Source: Podarcis filfolensis (lineage: Eukaryota). From it: 64,000 nucleotides of DNA. The stretch lies in assembly GCA_964270895.1 (NCBI GenBank), contig OZ185435.1; one strand, given 5' to 3'. Under the pieces are notes generated by a model. That model saw only the letters and a program-made list of their open reading frames with translations. It made no database searches and was not told the origin of the DNA. Made by a program: the position numbers and the translations under genes. This document shows positions 1 through 12,493 of the stretch, piece after piece; position 1 is the first letter of the stretch, and each line of letters opens with the position of its first letter.

Positions 1-1042
1 CATGGGAGTCCACTTTGTAACTGGTGGACTTACTCCGGCATTTTCAGTGTGTTTCAGTTTCAGAATGGGAACAGAGGACAGCTTTTCTCCTCGCCCTCTG
101 TTGTCTCTGCCTGAAGGAGTTTGGTAGGTTTATGAAACACTGCAAAAGCCTGTTAAGCAGCCTTGCACTTAGCAACTTACCTTGCAAACATAGGTGACTA
201 GGAATTCCATGCAGGAGAGTCAATAGGCTAGCAGAGGAGATAAGGGACTCTCCATCTTTGCTCCTCTGCACCTTTTATTATTCTGCATCTCTCCATAAGC
301 CTAGCAGTGAGCAGTAGACATACTACTCCCCACCTTCTCTCATAAAAGGACATGTTAAATTCTACCCATCTTTCCCCCTTCTTCCCAAAATATCTGATGC
401 AAGCAGTCACCACGCCTTCCTCAATTAGGCAAGCTTCTCCCCACCCTCCTGAGTACCGCAGGTGAGCTACACATCGTTTCTGTTAGTCCAACCTCTCATG
501 TTCTGTATGTCTTTCCTGAGAGTCACCAGTTCAGCCGCTTTAAAGAAATCTGGAAATTGGGGGACGGGAAGGACCACCCCCAGGGAATCGTCAAGCAACA
601 GCCTGCACCTGAGAGATATATTCGGTTGGTTAGAATAACTGAGCAGCGCTGGAGGGTAGCAGTGGCTGGAATAACTAGGAGAGAGAAATGGGCTTGGGTG
701 GTGGGAGGAGGCAAGATTGGAATCGCTCATGCTGGTATATATTTATGCGGGGTTGAGAGATATGGTTGGGGAATACATTTTTGATGGGCTTTTGGAAAGT
801 AAGTATTGTTTATATTTTATCATTTTGATCCAGTTTGGGATGGGTTGGGGGGGATGGAGTTGGAACGTTGATAAACTTTCTCGGGGTGGGGTGGGCAGGA
901 AGCAGCAAAAGGAGAATGGGAAGGGTAGGCAGCTCCCTTCCTCCTAACAATCTATATGGCATGGTTCCCTCCAGACAGTCCTGCTCATATTGTCCTCTTC
1001 TCACTCTGTGTGTGTCGGGCGCCCCAAGCCTTTTTTTGAAAG

Positions 1043-1115
1043 ACTAACACTAGACCATTCATGCAATGTGTCATTTTTACTAACCGACTAATGTACTAAC
1101 ACCCTAACGACTCAT
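1043..1115 (+). promoter_or_regulatory. Cluster of branch-point / QKI-type ACUAAY motifs upstream of the SS2 micro-exon
   Basis: ACTAAC 1043-1048, TACTAAC 1078-1084, ACTAAT 1087-1092, TACTAAC 1094-1100, CTAAC 1104-1108. Confidence 0.55.
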
Positions 1116-1195
1116 CTTTGCTTTTAGTTATTTTAATTAACAATCGTTCTGTTCACAATTTTTTAATTTCCTTTCTTCCCCCCTTTTCCGCAAAG

Positions 1196-1240
1196 CACTC
1201 AGGCATTGGACACGCTATGGTAAACAAACTACATTGTCTG
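1196..1240 (+). CDS. NRXN3: NRXN3-alpha splice site 2 (SS2) micro-exon in LNS2; two donors give 8 aa (HSGIGHAM, 1196-1219) or 15 aa (HSGIGHAMVNKLHCL, 1196-1240)
   Basis: Pyrimidine tract plus AG at 1194-1195. GT donors at 1220 (gtaaac) and 1241 (gtagat). Both lengths (24, 45 nt) preserve frame. The peptide matches the known neurexin SS2a/SS2b inserts and sits just upstream of the VTISVDG exon, as expected. Confidence 0.93.
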
Positions 1241-2472
1241 GTAGATATCATTCTTATTGTCTCTTTTTTTGGGTTTGCCGTGTGTTACCTCCCTCTACCT
1301 CTCCATCCCCCACCACCCTGTTTTTCCCCTGACCCTTTATACTTACCGTCCCCCTTTTCTTTTCTTTTTCTTTGATTTTGCTGTAAATACCCTTTCTTCC
1401 TCTTTTTTTCTTTTTTCTTTAAAAAAACATTTTCTTTAAGAAAAAATAACACCAAGAAGCAAACAAACAAATACAACAGTTCTGGAAATGGGGTTTGGTC
1501 ATCTTTCTTCATTGGCTTCTTCACGACATTCATTTCTCCCCCTAAAAATATATTTTTAACTCTGTTTCCAACCCCTCAGTATTTTTGCAAACTCCTCTTC
1601 TACCTATCTTCTCTCTCTTTTCTCTTGGTTATCTTTCTTTTGCGCTCTCTCATTCTGCCTCTGCATTTCTTTCGGATTCTCTGAAGGTTTTTAGCTCAAC
1701 AACCATGTCAGGGCCTATAGTTTGTTGTGGTGAGGCTGGTCTTTCCCTCCCCTCATCCTTTTGTTGTGGTGACAGCTGTTGTAGGCAAAACTGGCCGGAG
1801 CATTTCCTGTTCTTTCCGCTTCTAACCCTCTTCCTCCTGCCGGCTCCTCTCCATATATTTTCTCTCTTTCTCTCCCTTCAACCTTCCACTTGCCATGGCC
1901 AAAAGGAGCTCAGCCAGTTGTTTGTTTCAGCGCATTTTCCGCATGGCATGCCCACCTCCTCGGTCCCCACTCGCCATACCGGAAGCCTCAATCTCTTTCC
2001 CACCATCTCTTTTCCAAGCCACAAATAACCTATTAAAACAAAACACACCTCATTTTCACTCCCTTCCTCCCCACCCTGCTCCCCTTCTGTCTCCCTTCAC
2101 CCACCATGTGTTATGGGGCTTGGGATATTTTAGGCTACTTCTTTCTTTTTGCCCTATACCCCATTTTCTGGTAAGGTCTGGATGGTTTTTGTTTTTAAGT
2201 TTAGTTTAGCCCTTTTATTCCTTAACTGCATGCAAGTGTGAAAAAGCGCTCTCTTTCTCTTTCAGAATCTCTCTCTCTCTTCTTCTGAGCTTTGAATATC
2301 ACTCGCATGGGTGTGTCCAAGTTTGGTGTGTGCGACTGTGTGTGGTGTGTGCATGTTGCCATTTTTATTTTTATTTTATTCTCTCTCTCTTTCTCTCTCC
2401 CGTTTCTCTAATTTGCTGGTGTGTGGTTGACTTTTTTCTTCTTTATTATTACTATCTTTCTGTTAAATCATA

Positions 2473-2477
<5 letters not shown>

Positions 2478-2507
<30 letters not shown>
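2478..2507. repeat. (CT)n microsatellite
   Basis: Direct reading; boundaries approximate. Confidence 0.9.
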
Positions 2508-2511
<4 letters not shown>

Positions 2512-3103
2512 GCGGTCTTGGGTGGTGGGTGGTTGTCTCTGTAGGTCCATAGCATGCTCCTCCATAATGTATTGAAAGTGAGACCCCTCCCTTCCCCTCC
2601 CCTCCCTTCCTGAATGCATGACTATCACCATACCGTGTGAGCAAAAAAAGAAAGAAAGAAGCAAAATCAAATATATCAACTTCGTCTTCATTAGTGTCTT
2701 TACTAACAATCGTAACTAACAATAATCACTACAAATAACAGCTAATTAATCATTTTTTAATTAAAAAAAACAGCTTTCAGAAGCTCTCAGAGGAACAGTT
2801 CAATTTTCTGGCCTGGTTAAACAACGGGAGCCATTGCGGCAGATTAGAATAGCTCTTCTCAGCTTTAGCGCTATTGAACTAACAGCACAGGTGACTGAGG
2901 AACTGAAGGGACAGGGCAAAACAGCAGACCAGAAAATGGAACTGAGCTGCACCGAGTAAACAAACCTCAGCGAAACGTGTGTGAAAAGTTGCACAAAAAG
3001 TAGGGGAGATGACTTGCTCTTTCTAAGAACTGTAAGGTCATTGCTGGGAATTTTGTTTTTTTCTTTTCTTTCTTTTTTTTTGTCCATTGTGTCCTTCAAA
3101 CAG

Positions 3104-3265
3104 GTGACAATCTCTGTGGATGGAATCCTCACCACCACGGGCTACACACAAGAGGACTATACCATGCTAGGCTCAGACGACTTCTTCTACGTAGGTGGGA
3201 GCCCCAGTACAGCTGATTTGCCTGGTTCGCCTATCAGCAATAACTTCATGGGCTGCCTCAAAGAG
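3104..3265 (+). CDS. NRXN3: NRXN3-alpha coding exon, LNS2 C-terminal part ([54 protein letters not shown])
   Basis: Acceptor ...ccttcaaacag|GTG at 3103/3104 and donor GAG|gtaaat at 3265/3266. 162 nt, phase 0-0. The peptide is the canonical alpha-neurexin LNS2 sequence. Confidence 0.97.
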
Positions 3266-4910
3266 GTAAATGTTTCAAATTGTGGACATTCTGTTTTTTT
3301 GACAATTATGTACCCCAACCAAGTTTTCTGCAATTCCCTTACTGGATATTATATGTACTAATTGAGAACTACTGTATTTCCCCAGGCGTTTTCCCTCATG
3401 TCACCAAAGCACTACCATTTGAGCATTAACAGGGGACATATATGCAGGTTTGGGGGAAGTGCACATTTTTCCGAAACATAAAAAAACAAAACTGTTGGTG
3501 AAGAAGAACCTTAAGGGGAGAACTCCAAAAGTCATCTACTCAGTGCATACAGAATTTTGGGGCTGGGGAGGGCTGGGGATAATGAATAGAATATTCTTGA
3601 AAATGGTGTGACTAATTAGCTGCAAAATGTGGGCTCCATACTGCAACTCTTTATTGCAGTCTCACATACAGTTGCTCCTCTAGGCAGCAGTGACAGCGAC
3701 ATCTGGGTAGCAGTAGTGACAGTAGTAAAACAAGCCACCGTTATCATGTATTCCACAGCCAGGCCTCTGTCACTTGAGCTAATTGCAGATTCAGCAGCTA
3801 ACATTCAAATACATCAGCATCTGGTGAAGGCAAAGAGGGCCTAATCCACATACATATTTTGAGCTCAGGCTAGGGGGTGCCAAAGAGCAGATCTGAGTGG
3901 AATGAAAGCAAAGAAGGACAAACCGAGGCACTTGAAAAAGGCTGTTGGGGTTGTTGTTTGTAAGATGATCCCAATTTGTTAGCAACTGTTGTAGACTTTA
4001 TGAGAGAAAGAAGGGTTGCAGACTGAACCACAGGCACATATCATGCAATGAAGGGGAAATATTGCACAAGTGTGGGAAACTTCTTGAGCTCCAGCTGCTG
4101 TTGGAACGTCTTCACACCTGAAATAGTAGAATGTCATAGCAGAGAGTTAAAAAAGAAGCAGAAGCAGAGAAAAAGGACAGAGAAAAATGGTAAATGAAAT
4201 AAAGGAGAAAACCTCTGTGCATCATGAACTAAAAGAGGGTTTGGGATTTTTACCCAGTCTGAGGGCGACTACTGCACTACATCTAAAGAAAAGTGTTTTT
4301 TTGCAGGCACTGAAAATAGTACAATGAAGGCACTTGCCTGATATCAATAGGCAGGGAGTTCCAAAGTGTAAGTGCTGCCACACTAAACGGTTAAGTGCTT
4401 ACAAATGCAGAACGGGTATTATGTGGCACAAGTAACAGTGCCTGTTCTACTGATTGAAGCAGACTAGTGGGTGTATATGGGGTAAGGCAATGTCTTAGGT
4501 ATACTGGTCTCAAGGGCTTTTATATACTAATAGCAACACCTAGTACGTGGCCTGGTAGCCAATTGGCAACCAGTGCAGATTGCTGAGCCTAGGTGCTTTA
4601 TATACTGACAGGGTATTAATCCTTATTGTTGGGGCAGTGTCCTAGTTAGACCAGCCTCTACTGCCTTTATGTGTTTTTTGTAAAAAAAAATAGCAACCCA
4701 ACCCAGACCCTTCTGCTAAGGTCAAGTTGCTCAGTGCTCCATTAGCCCAGCGCTGGAAAGTGAAGTGCTAGGTAAGACAGTTGCAAATGCCCTATCTCCA
4801 TAATATTCAATGCTTCTAGCCCCCTCCTCAGTCTTAAGCCCAGAGGCATTGGGGATTATGAAGATAGCAACAGCTGTGGCCATCTGGCCTGTTACTTTTC
4901 CTTATGGTAT

Positions 4911-4938
4911 TGTATGTATGTATGTATGTATGTATGTA
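4911..4938. repeat. (TATG)n microsatellite
   Basis: Direct reading; boundaries approximate. Confidence 0.85.
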
Positions 4939-6277
4939 TTTAGGGATGCAAGCATCAGCCTCTGGCATTTGCCCTGCTGTGCCGGGTACTAATGCCAGGC
5001 CTGAGATCTGGCATATTTCACCTGAGGATTCTGGCCACAATACCACCACCCCCAACTGGAGTAAAACTAGCAAGGAGTAAAGTGGTTGAGATGGTAACTG
5101 GCGAACACAGTACAAAAAGAGAATTGGGATGGCGTAATTGCACCCATTAAATCCATGCCTCCTTTTCTGATTATTAGCCATTTCAGACAGAATGGTTTTT
5201 CCATCCACTCTCTGAACAGATGATTAACGGTTTAATCTCTAATAACTTTACGTTTTATGGAACCCTGCTAGGATTCTGCATCTGGTGAGCCAAGCTATTT
5301 AAAGCTGTGTTAATTCTGTTAATTGCTCTACGTTTATTTGGATTGCTGGCACCTGCGGGCTTCGGGATAATGTTTGGGGTTTATAGTCTCCCTGCTCCTT
5401 GCTGAGGAAAACGGAGAAGGACATTTTCCTTCAGCTAGAACCAATAACCTTGGCAGAAGGTCCTTACTAAAAAATGTTTGTCCTCAAGACTCCCTCTCCT
5501 ACCACAGCTGAAAGCAATGATTTGTCACTCAGAGCACCGGATGTTGGCTTGGCTGGAGAGGCAGCCATCCTGTTTTGCATCCATTTGCTATTATAAAAAG
5601 GTGGTGGCCAGAGCATCAAGGAATGGTGCCAGAGCATTTGAAAGGCCGGTCAGTTTTCTCTTTGCATATTACACTCCCAAGCCAGCTGCCAGCACTCCAT
5701 TTTCCCTATGCAAAGGGCCTGGGCACTTTGAAGACACAGATGTGTGTGCATGTGTTGCGGGGAAGCTTTTGAGTAATTTTTGAACCCAAACTGGGAAGAA
5801 GCAAAAGCATTAATTGCAAAGCAAATTAAGTCCATTAGATGTTTTTGTGCGTGCCAGTTGCCTGAAATTGGGGGCAGCGGGACTGTATAAACTAGCGAAG
5901 CTGTGCTAAAACCACTGCTGAGTAGAATATCTTAAAGGGGCTGAAATGGCCCATTGAGTGTGTGTCCCCCTCATTTTTCCCTGATGAGACTCAAGGCATC
6001 TCATAAATAAAAACAAGAATTGCTAAAAACATAAGAAAAACAATAATTAAAAAACAATTAAACATTAATAGAATTAAAACTACATGCATATATAAGATCT
6101 GTTTAAGACAAAACAACACAGCACCAGTGCTTTCATTAAAAGCAGTCAGTTTCCAAACACTGGAACAAGAAGGTCTTCGCCTGCTGGCAGGAGGACAACA
6201 AGGAGAAAGCCAATCTAACTTCTTCAGGGAGGGAGTTCCAGAGTCTGGGAGCAGCCACCAAGAAGACCCTCATTTTA

Positions 6278-6698
6278 TTTTATTTTATTTTAATATTTTT
6301 ATTAAGTACAAATTAGAAAACATACATATTCACAACAAAATAAAATACAAAAGAAAAAGAAAATACATCTAACCAAGGGAAAAAAAATATTTTGTCTCTT
6401 TTCATATTTACAGTTATTTATACCTCTATAAAATGCTATTCACAATAAAGCAGTAAAATGAAAGATAAGATATCAGAAAAAAGACCAAAGAACAAAGAAA
6501 GAATAAAGAAGTAAGAGAAAAAGATCATAAGTGAAAATTTTTAAAAGTAGATAAGTACTCACAATACATAGCCATTTCCCATCTATATTTATATTCAATT
6601 GTATAATTTCATCTTGTCCTTATCTACCTTAAATAAATTGTTTTGTTTTTTAAAGCCTTCCACCATTTACCTCACGCGTTTTTAATAATCCGTTCATC
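6278..6698 (-). mobile_element. L1-type LINE 3' end (3' UTR and A-rich tail) inserted in an L2-like remnant
   Basis: 17-bp TSD agaagaccctcatttta at 6261-6277 and 6699-6715. T-rich tail at the left edge. Composition resembles the L1 3' UTR at 58059-58370. Confidence 0.7.
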
Positions 6699-6808
6699 AG
6701 AAGACCCTCATTTTAAAATGGTAGCATGAACATCTTCTTAGGAATGAAATCCAGTAGGGTTGTTTATTATTATTATTTACTTATGGAAACTTTCTCTTCT
6801 GAGATGAT

Positions 6809-6983
6809 CGCAGGAGCCAACTCCTAGGGGCCAAGGGGTCTTCGCCCCACCCAATAAAATATTTGAGCCCCCCCCCCAAGTTGATGAGCATTGCCATTCA
6901 ATTGTGTGCATGCACTGCGTCATGTGACTATGTGGGGTGGGGTTTATCTGTCCCCCCATATTTCATTCAAGTTGGCACCCCTG
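6809..6983. mobile_element. hAT-type MITE
   Basis: Perfect 8-bp TSD gagatgat (6801-6808, 6984-6991). Imperfect TIRs ...gccaact / agttggc... Confidence 0.65.
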
Positions 6984-9900
6984 GAGATGATCCATTAGTA
7001 ATGGGCTTCCACCATTTGTTCCTGTTAGTTGGTGTATCTTTGTGAAGGACTATATACAGTTATAGCAAATAGAGAGATATGCTAGCTCCATCTACAGAAG
7101 GTAGGGGCTTCTGGATCATGAATAAAGATCTGAGATGAAGGCAAGTTTGTAATTATACAAAGACATCAAGAAGACTGCAAGAAAGTTAACTTGTCATGAG
7201 GTCTGGCTCATATGACATGCTAAGGTAAACTGTGGCTTAGTGAGACCACATGAGTAGAAAGGATCATGCAGTTGACTCCCAGTCCTTCTTGCTGCTAAAC
7301 CTTGACTGTGCTGAGCTAAGCTCAGAGACCAGATGCTGGGAATCACAAGTGGAGAGAGTGCTGTTGTACTGATGTCCAGCTTGCAGGCTTCCCACAAGTA
7401 TCTGGTGAGCTGGTATAAGAACAGGATGCTGGACTAGGTAGGCCATTGGCCTGGTCCACCTGGGCTCTTCTTAATATGTTAAAAGCTCAGATTTGGCTTT
7501 GTGTCTTGTCCAAACTGGGATTTGTGGCTAAGCTTTCTCCACAAAAACCACAAGCTGTAGCCAAGAACAAACCTTGGTTTGACTTAAGGCTCCTCTGCAC
7601 ATCCCTTCCTAAAGCCCCATCTTCCCACGTCTATTTTATGTGTTATCAGTGAAGTCATGCCGCAGCAAGTTGGCAACTGATCTCACGTTCCATTATAACA
7701 GGACCATCCGCCGTGCTAATTTGTTTATTGGATCTAGTGTCCTGTTGCTCATATTGAAAATTGGCAGAAGTAAGGAAATCACGTGCACTCTGCATGCTTC
7801 TGCTGGGACAAGTAGTTGTTCACATTTGACTGAACAAAATATCAAAACAAATACTATCATTTCCCAAGTTTTCTGAGGTCCTTAGGTGAAATCCTGGCTA
7901 GGCCCACATCCTTCTGATCAGTGTCACCACTGCCCCTCTGCTTCTCACCTTCCTCTGTAGCCAATTCACTCAACTGCCTAGAGAATGGCAGTGAGTCAAG
8001 CAGAAGCTTTTACTTCCCCTCAGTCTTAGCGCTGCTATGTCATGCCATGTGGACAGGTGACCAGGGAGGAGTGCCAAGCAGTAAGACAGGCCAAGGGACT
8101 CCTAGGGTCTGGCACTGGCCTCTCCTGCTGAGCACTGGAAAAGAGAAGCAGCCCTAAACTCTTTTGGATTACTTCAGATCCTTACAACACTCTTGACAAA
8201 AGTGAGAATGTGCTGACATACCCCCATCCCTGATTTAGTGAGCTGTATTCCTCTGTATTCCCTTTTAATTATTCTTTTATATATTATGCTAGAAGTGTCA
8301 GCATTCTGAAACAAGGTGTCTCTTTCAATAAACACACCCCTCAACCTATCTAGGCCTAGCCTGAGCCAAGCAGACAGCATTCAACCTGAACATTTCCACT
8401 CAGGAATCTCTAAGCAACGGGATAAATCCAACAGTGAGATTCCAGCGTTTATTTCCCTGCAGCTTTGCAGCCACAGAAGTAACTGTGAAAGCTGATCATT
8501 ACTGCCTGAAAGCACTCCCTGTTCAGCGCTCTCAGCCTGTGTGGGGTCGTCCCTTCCTGGAAATTTTCAAAAGCAGGGAGTAGTTTTTACCAACCTCAAA
8601 TCAGTGGACTGGTGCTGAGTAAAAAAGGGGGCTGATTAGGGACTGGCCCACTGAGACACACTTCAGAGAATCATAGACATTAAAGGCAGCAGCACCTGCT
8701 AGGCCCCTTGTCCATCTCCTCTCGCCATGCACTTCATTGTTCCGTTCTCTGTATTAACATGAAACATTGCTACAAAGAGCTATTTAAACCCTGCCTTTTG
8801 CTTGCCAGGTTTTCTATTCCCTCAGTTTTTGCAGCAGAGATTTCTAAGGACAAATAAGAGGTCTTCATCCCTCTCCATCCCACCCCACTTTTTATCTAGG
8901 CTTCCCTTTGTGTGTTGTTGCCGAAAAGTAGCACCATGAATGCTGCACTTAAATGATTTCTATTGTATCTGAAGTTTTCTTAGGTTTAAAGGAGGTTTAC
9001 GATGAACACTAAGAAAATTCCCTTTCTTACTCTTCTTCATGTTTGGAATGTTAAAAGTGTAGGGAATAGGTTATAATACTGTATATTGCAGACCTTCAGA
9101 AACTGTCCATCAGAAGTGTATGGTGATCCACCGGGGTCCCAGTAAACATCCTGTTTTCCCTGTCTGCCTGGGACTGAAGAGACATGGGCAACAATTCCAG
9201 AGTTTCCTGGGAAGAGGGCTGACTGTTAAACCACTCTGAGAATTGTAGCTCTGTGAGAGGAAAAGGGGTCTCCTTGCAGTTCACAGCAACCTTAACAAAC
9301 TACACTTCCCAGTAGGGGAGCCAACTTGAATAAAATTTTGCCGGACAGCTCTCACCATCTGTTGCCCCATTTGAAAGAAGTACTTCCTCTTGTTTGCCTT
9401 GAATCTCCTATCCTTCAGCGTCCTTGGGTGACCTCCTATGTCACAGTTTCCTGACAGAAACAGAAGGGGAGAGTGGAGGCTATGGTTATAGCTGCTCTCT
9501 TACCTCTCCTCTCGCTCCCCTCCATCACACGGCTGCTGAGCATCAGCAAAACAACAGAAAAATAAAACCAGAGAATTTGGAGGCTCTTCTTTGACAATTC
9601 CCAAAAGATAACCTGGAAACACTGACCTAGAGTTTATGTTGAGTAATTCTACTGATGCCACTTCCAGAGATGTTAATGGAGAAGAAGCAGGAACCACCAG
9701 AAGAAGCTGAAGAAACCTGCTTCTGTACCTCCTTTTTTAGGAAACAAAGTGCAAAACTGATTAAGATGCACAGTAGGGAGGCACCACACTTTAGAAACCA
9801 CAGTTTAGAAACCAGGGCATTATGGACATTATGGCACCTGATATGACACACAAAATGGCACCTTCCCACCCTCCAGGGAAGAGGGGGTGAATGAAGCCCT

Positions 9901-11264
9901 ACATCAGGAACAAGAGTGTGTGGGGGGGGGACTAAGATCTACATCAGGGACAGCATGGAAAGTGGAGGTCTGCTTTGGGAACAAGAGGGTCGTGTAGGCA
10001 GGAACAGCAGGCAGTGCATTCCTTGGAGGATCTTCTTGGATCTTGGATCTTCTGCCCCGTGGATCCTGCTCCCTGAGGCAGTCACCTCACCTTGCCTCAC
10101 GGGTGGGATGGCCCTGTCACAAACACATTAAGTAGAAAACACTCCTCTTACTAAGCAGGAACAAGGACCCACCATGTACACATGTGGATATTAAGGGACT
10201 TTGAAAGCTTTTGAGTTGTCTGTAGGTTATGTCTTGTATTTTAAGTGATATTCAATGCTTTCTCTGTTTTATTTTGAACTATTGATAGCTGCCCTGAATC
10301 TTCAAGATGAGGTGGGTTAAAATTTCCACACGAATGCATTTCAAAAAGAGAATGGCACTAATCTCACCCACTCCAGGCACAAATAAACTAGTTCACAATT
10401 CCATGGAGAAGGCAGGCACGTGCCAAATGGAAAATATATATGAAAAGTTGGGATAAATGCACCCATAGGTTTGTGTCAGCATGCATGCAAGCACAACCAC
10501 ATTCATGTGAAGAGCACTTGTATAATTTTCTATGAGTATCGGCATGCATAGTGTGCCTATTCTGCATTGCAAAGTTGTAGGATTCACAACCACAATTGTC
10601 ACTAAATAATCTGCACCAATGTGTGAGTCACCGCTGAAAGCATGTCTGTGTGCACAAATATATGTACTGGGAAATGAGGGGACATATACAAATATATGAG
10701 GCTGCCTTGTACCAAGTCAGACATAGCCCCCTTTATTTTCTGATCAGCAATCTGGTTGTCTCAGGCAGGGATCCTTCTGAGCTCAGCTACATGGAATGTT
10801 TTTGGATTGAGCTGGTGGTTGCAAATGGAACTTTTTGAGCCCATTTGCAGGGTGATAGGGATGGAATGATGGACAGGGGAGACATAGACACCCCCTCAAT
10901 CTTTGATGGACTAAATTATTCTTTTAAACCTTCAGGGGATTCTACATTGTAATGTAGCATCTTTCCACAGAATAGTGTGGGGAAATATGTTCCCAAAGAG
11001 AAAAAGAAGAGAAGCGGGTGAAGAGAGAAGCCTCTGCTGTTGGTCATTGTAAACATAGGGTGGTATTCAACTAAGAATAGACCCATTGAATTTAATGGAC
11101 CTAACTTAATCATGCTTGTTAACTTCAGTGGGTCTGCTATGATTAAAACCTAGTTGCATACCAGCCCATAAATTTAAACAATATGCAAGCCCACCCCTGA
11201 AAATGGTTTAAAGTGACTCCCAGATTTTTCAGCCTGAGAACGGGGCTGCAAGGATCTGCAAGAC

Positions 11265-12493
11265 GATACGATACGATACGATATCTTTATTGTCATTGTT
11301 CCTTGCGGAACAATGAAATTGAAAACTACATAAAACTACATTAAAACTACATAAAACTACCAGAAAACTACATAAAACTACATAAAAGCTACATAAAACT
11401 GCTACAAAACTACATAAAACATTCAAAACCCCCTAAAAACTCTAAAACCCCATTTTAAAAAACACTATACTACAGAGACCCCTTGTGCTGCGTTTAGAAC
11501 CAGAATTGCATTAGTGTAGAAACTGTTTTTCAGGCGGCTAGTCCTGGCCTTTATAACCCTATACCTTCTTCCAGAAGGTAGAAGCTGAAAGAGATCATTT
11601 CCGGGGTGCGTACTATCATGTGCTATCTCTGCCGCTTTCTTATGGCACCTGGCAGCATAGATTTGATCTAAGGTGGGAAGAGTGCACCCAATAATTCTCT
11701 CTGCAGTCTTTACAACCATGGATAGCATTGTTTTTTCCCTGGCTGTGTAGCTCCCAAACCACACGCACAGACCATAAGTTAGTACGCTCCCCACAGTGCA
11801 ATGGTAGAATGCCATCAACAGGTCCTTTGAGAGATTGTTTTTCCGGAGGATTCTCAGAAAATATAACCTCTGCTGTGCTCTCTTCACCAGGTCTTTGCTG
11901 TTCTCTCCCCAGGTTAGGTCATCTCTCAACTCCATTCCCAGAAATCAAAACACTGAGACCTGTTCCATGCACTTCCCCTCAATAATAAGTGGCTGAATAT
12001 TCAATTTACATTTCCTAAAGTTCACAATGATCTCTTTTGTTTTCTTTAAGTTAAGCAGTAAGTTGTTTTTCCTGCACCACTCCCCCAACTGCTCAACTTC
12101 CTTCCTATAGGCCATCTCCCCCTCTCCAGCCGTAATTAAACCAACCACCATTGTATCATCTGCGAACTTAATGATCTTATTACTGGGGTATTTGGGGGCA
12201 CAGTCAGCTGTATAGAGCGTGTATAAAAGCGGGCTCAACACACACCCCTGCGGCATCCCCGTATTCGTGATGAGATCCGCAGAGACGTGGGAACCCAACC
12301 TGACCCTTTGGGAATGGTTTGATAGAAAGTCTAATATCAACCTGCACAAACATGGTGGAAGTCCCAGGTCTAATAATTTGGGCACCAATCTATGCGGAAG
12401 AATAGTATTAAATGCAGAACTAAAGTCTACAAATAACAGTCTCGCGTAGTTCCCTTGCTTCTCCAAATGAGTTAGGACAGCATGTAAAGCCAT
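11265..12493 (-). mobile_element. 5'-truncated Rex1/Babar-type non-LTR retrotransposon (RT C-terminal half, 3' UTR, microsatellite tail)
   Basis: RT motifs DFSSAFNTI, GMPQGCVLSPLLY and KFADD, followed by the Rex1-type C-terminus (THPGNDLFQLLPSGRRYR). ORFs 11945-12493 and 11465-11935 are in one frame, separated by a single TGA. (ATCGT)n tail. 8-bp TSD tgcaagac at 11257-11264 and 12494-12501. Confidence 0.85.
11321..11420. repeat. Imperfect 10-mer tandem repeat (aaaactacat)n in the Rex1 3' UTR
   Basis: Direct reading; boundaries approximate. Confidence 0.8.

Noticed and set aside
441-470. Donor-like cag|gtgagc near 461 as an upstream NRXN3 exon end
   Set aside because: The upstream frames do not encode the expected ...VTRNLRQ LNS2 sequence, and no convincing acceptor was identified.
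1585-2028. 147-aa ORF in the SS2 downstream intron
   Set aside because: Low-complexity Leu/Ser/Phe composition from pyrimidine-rich intron, with no recognisable domain.
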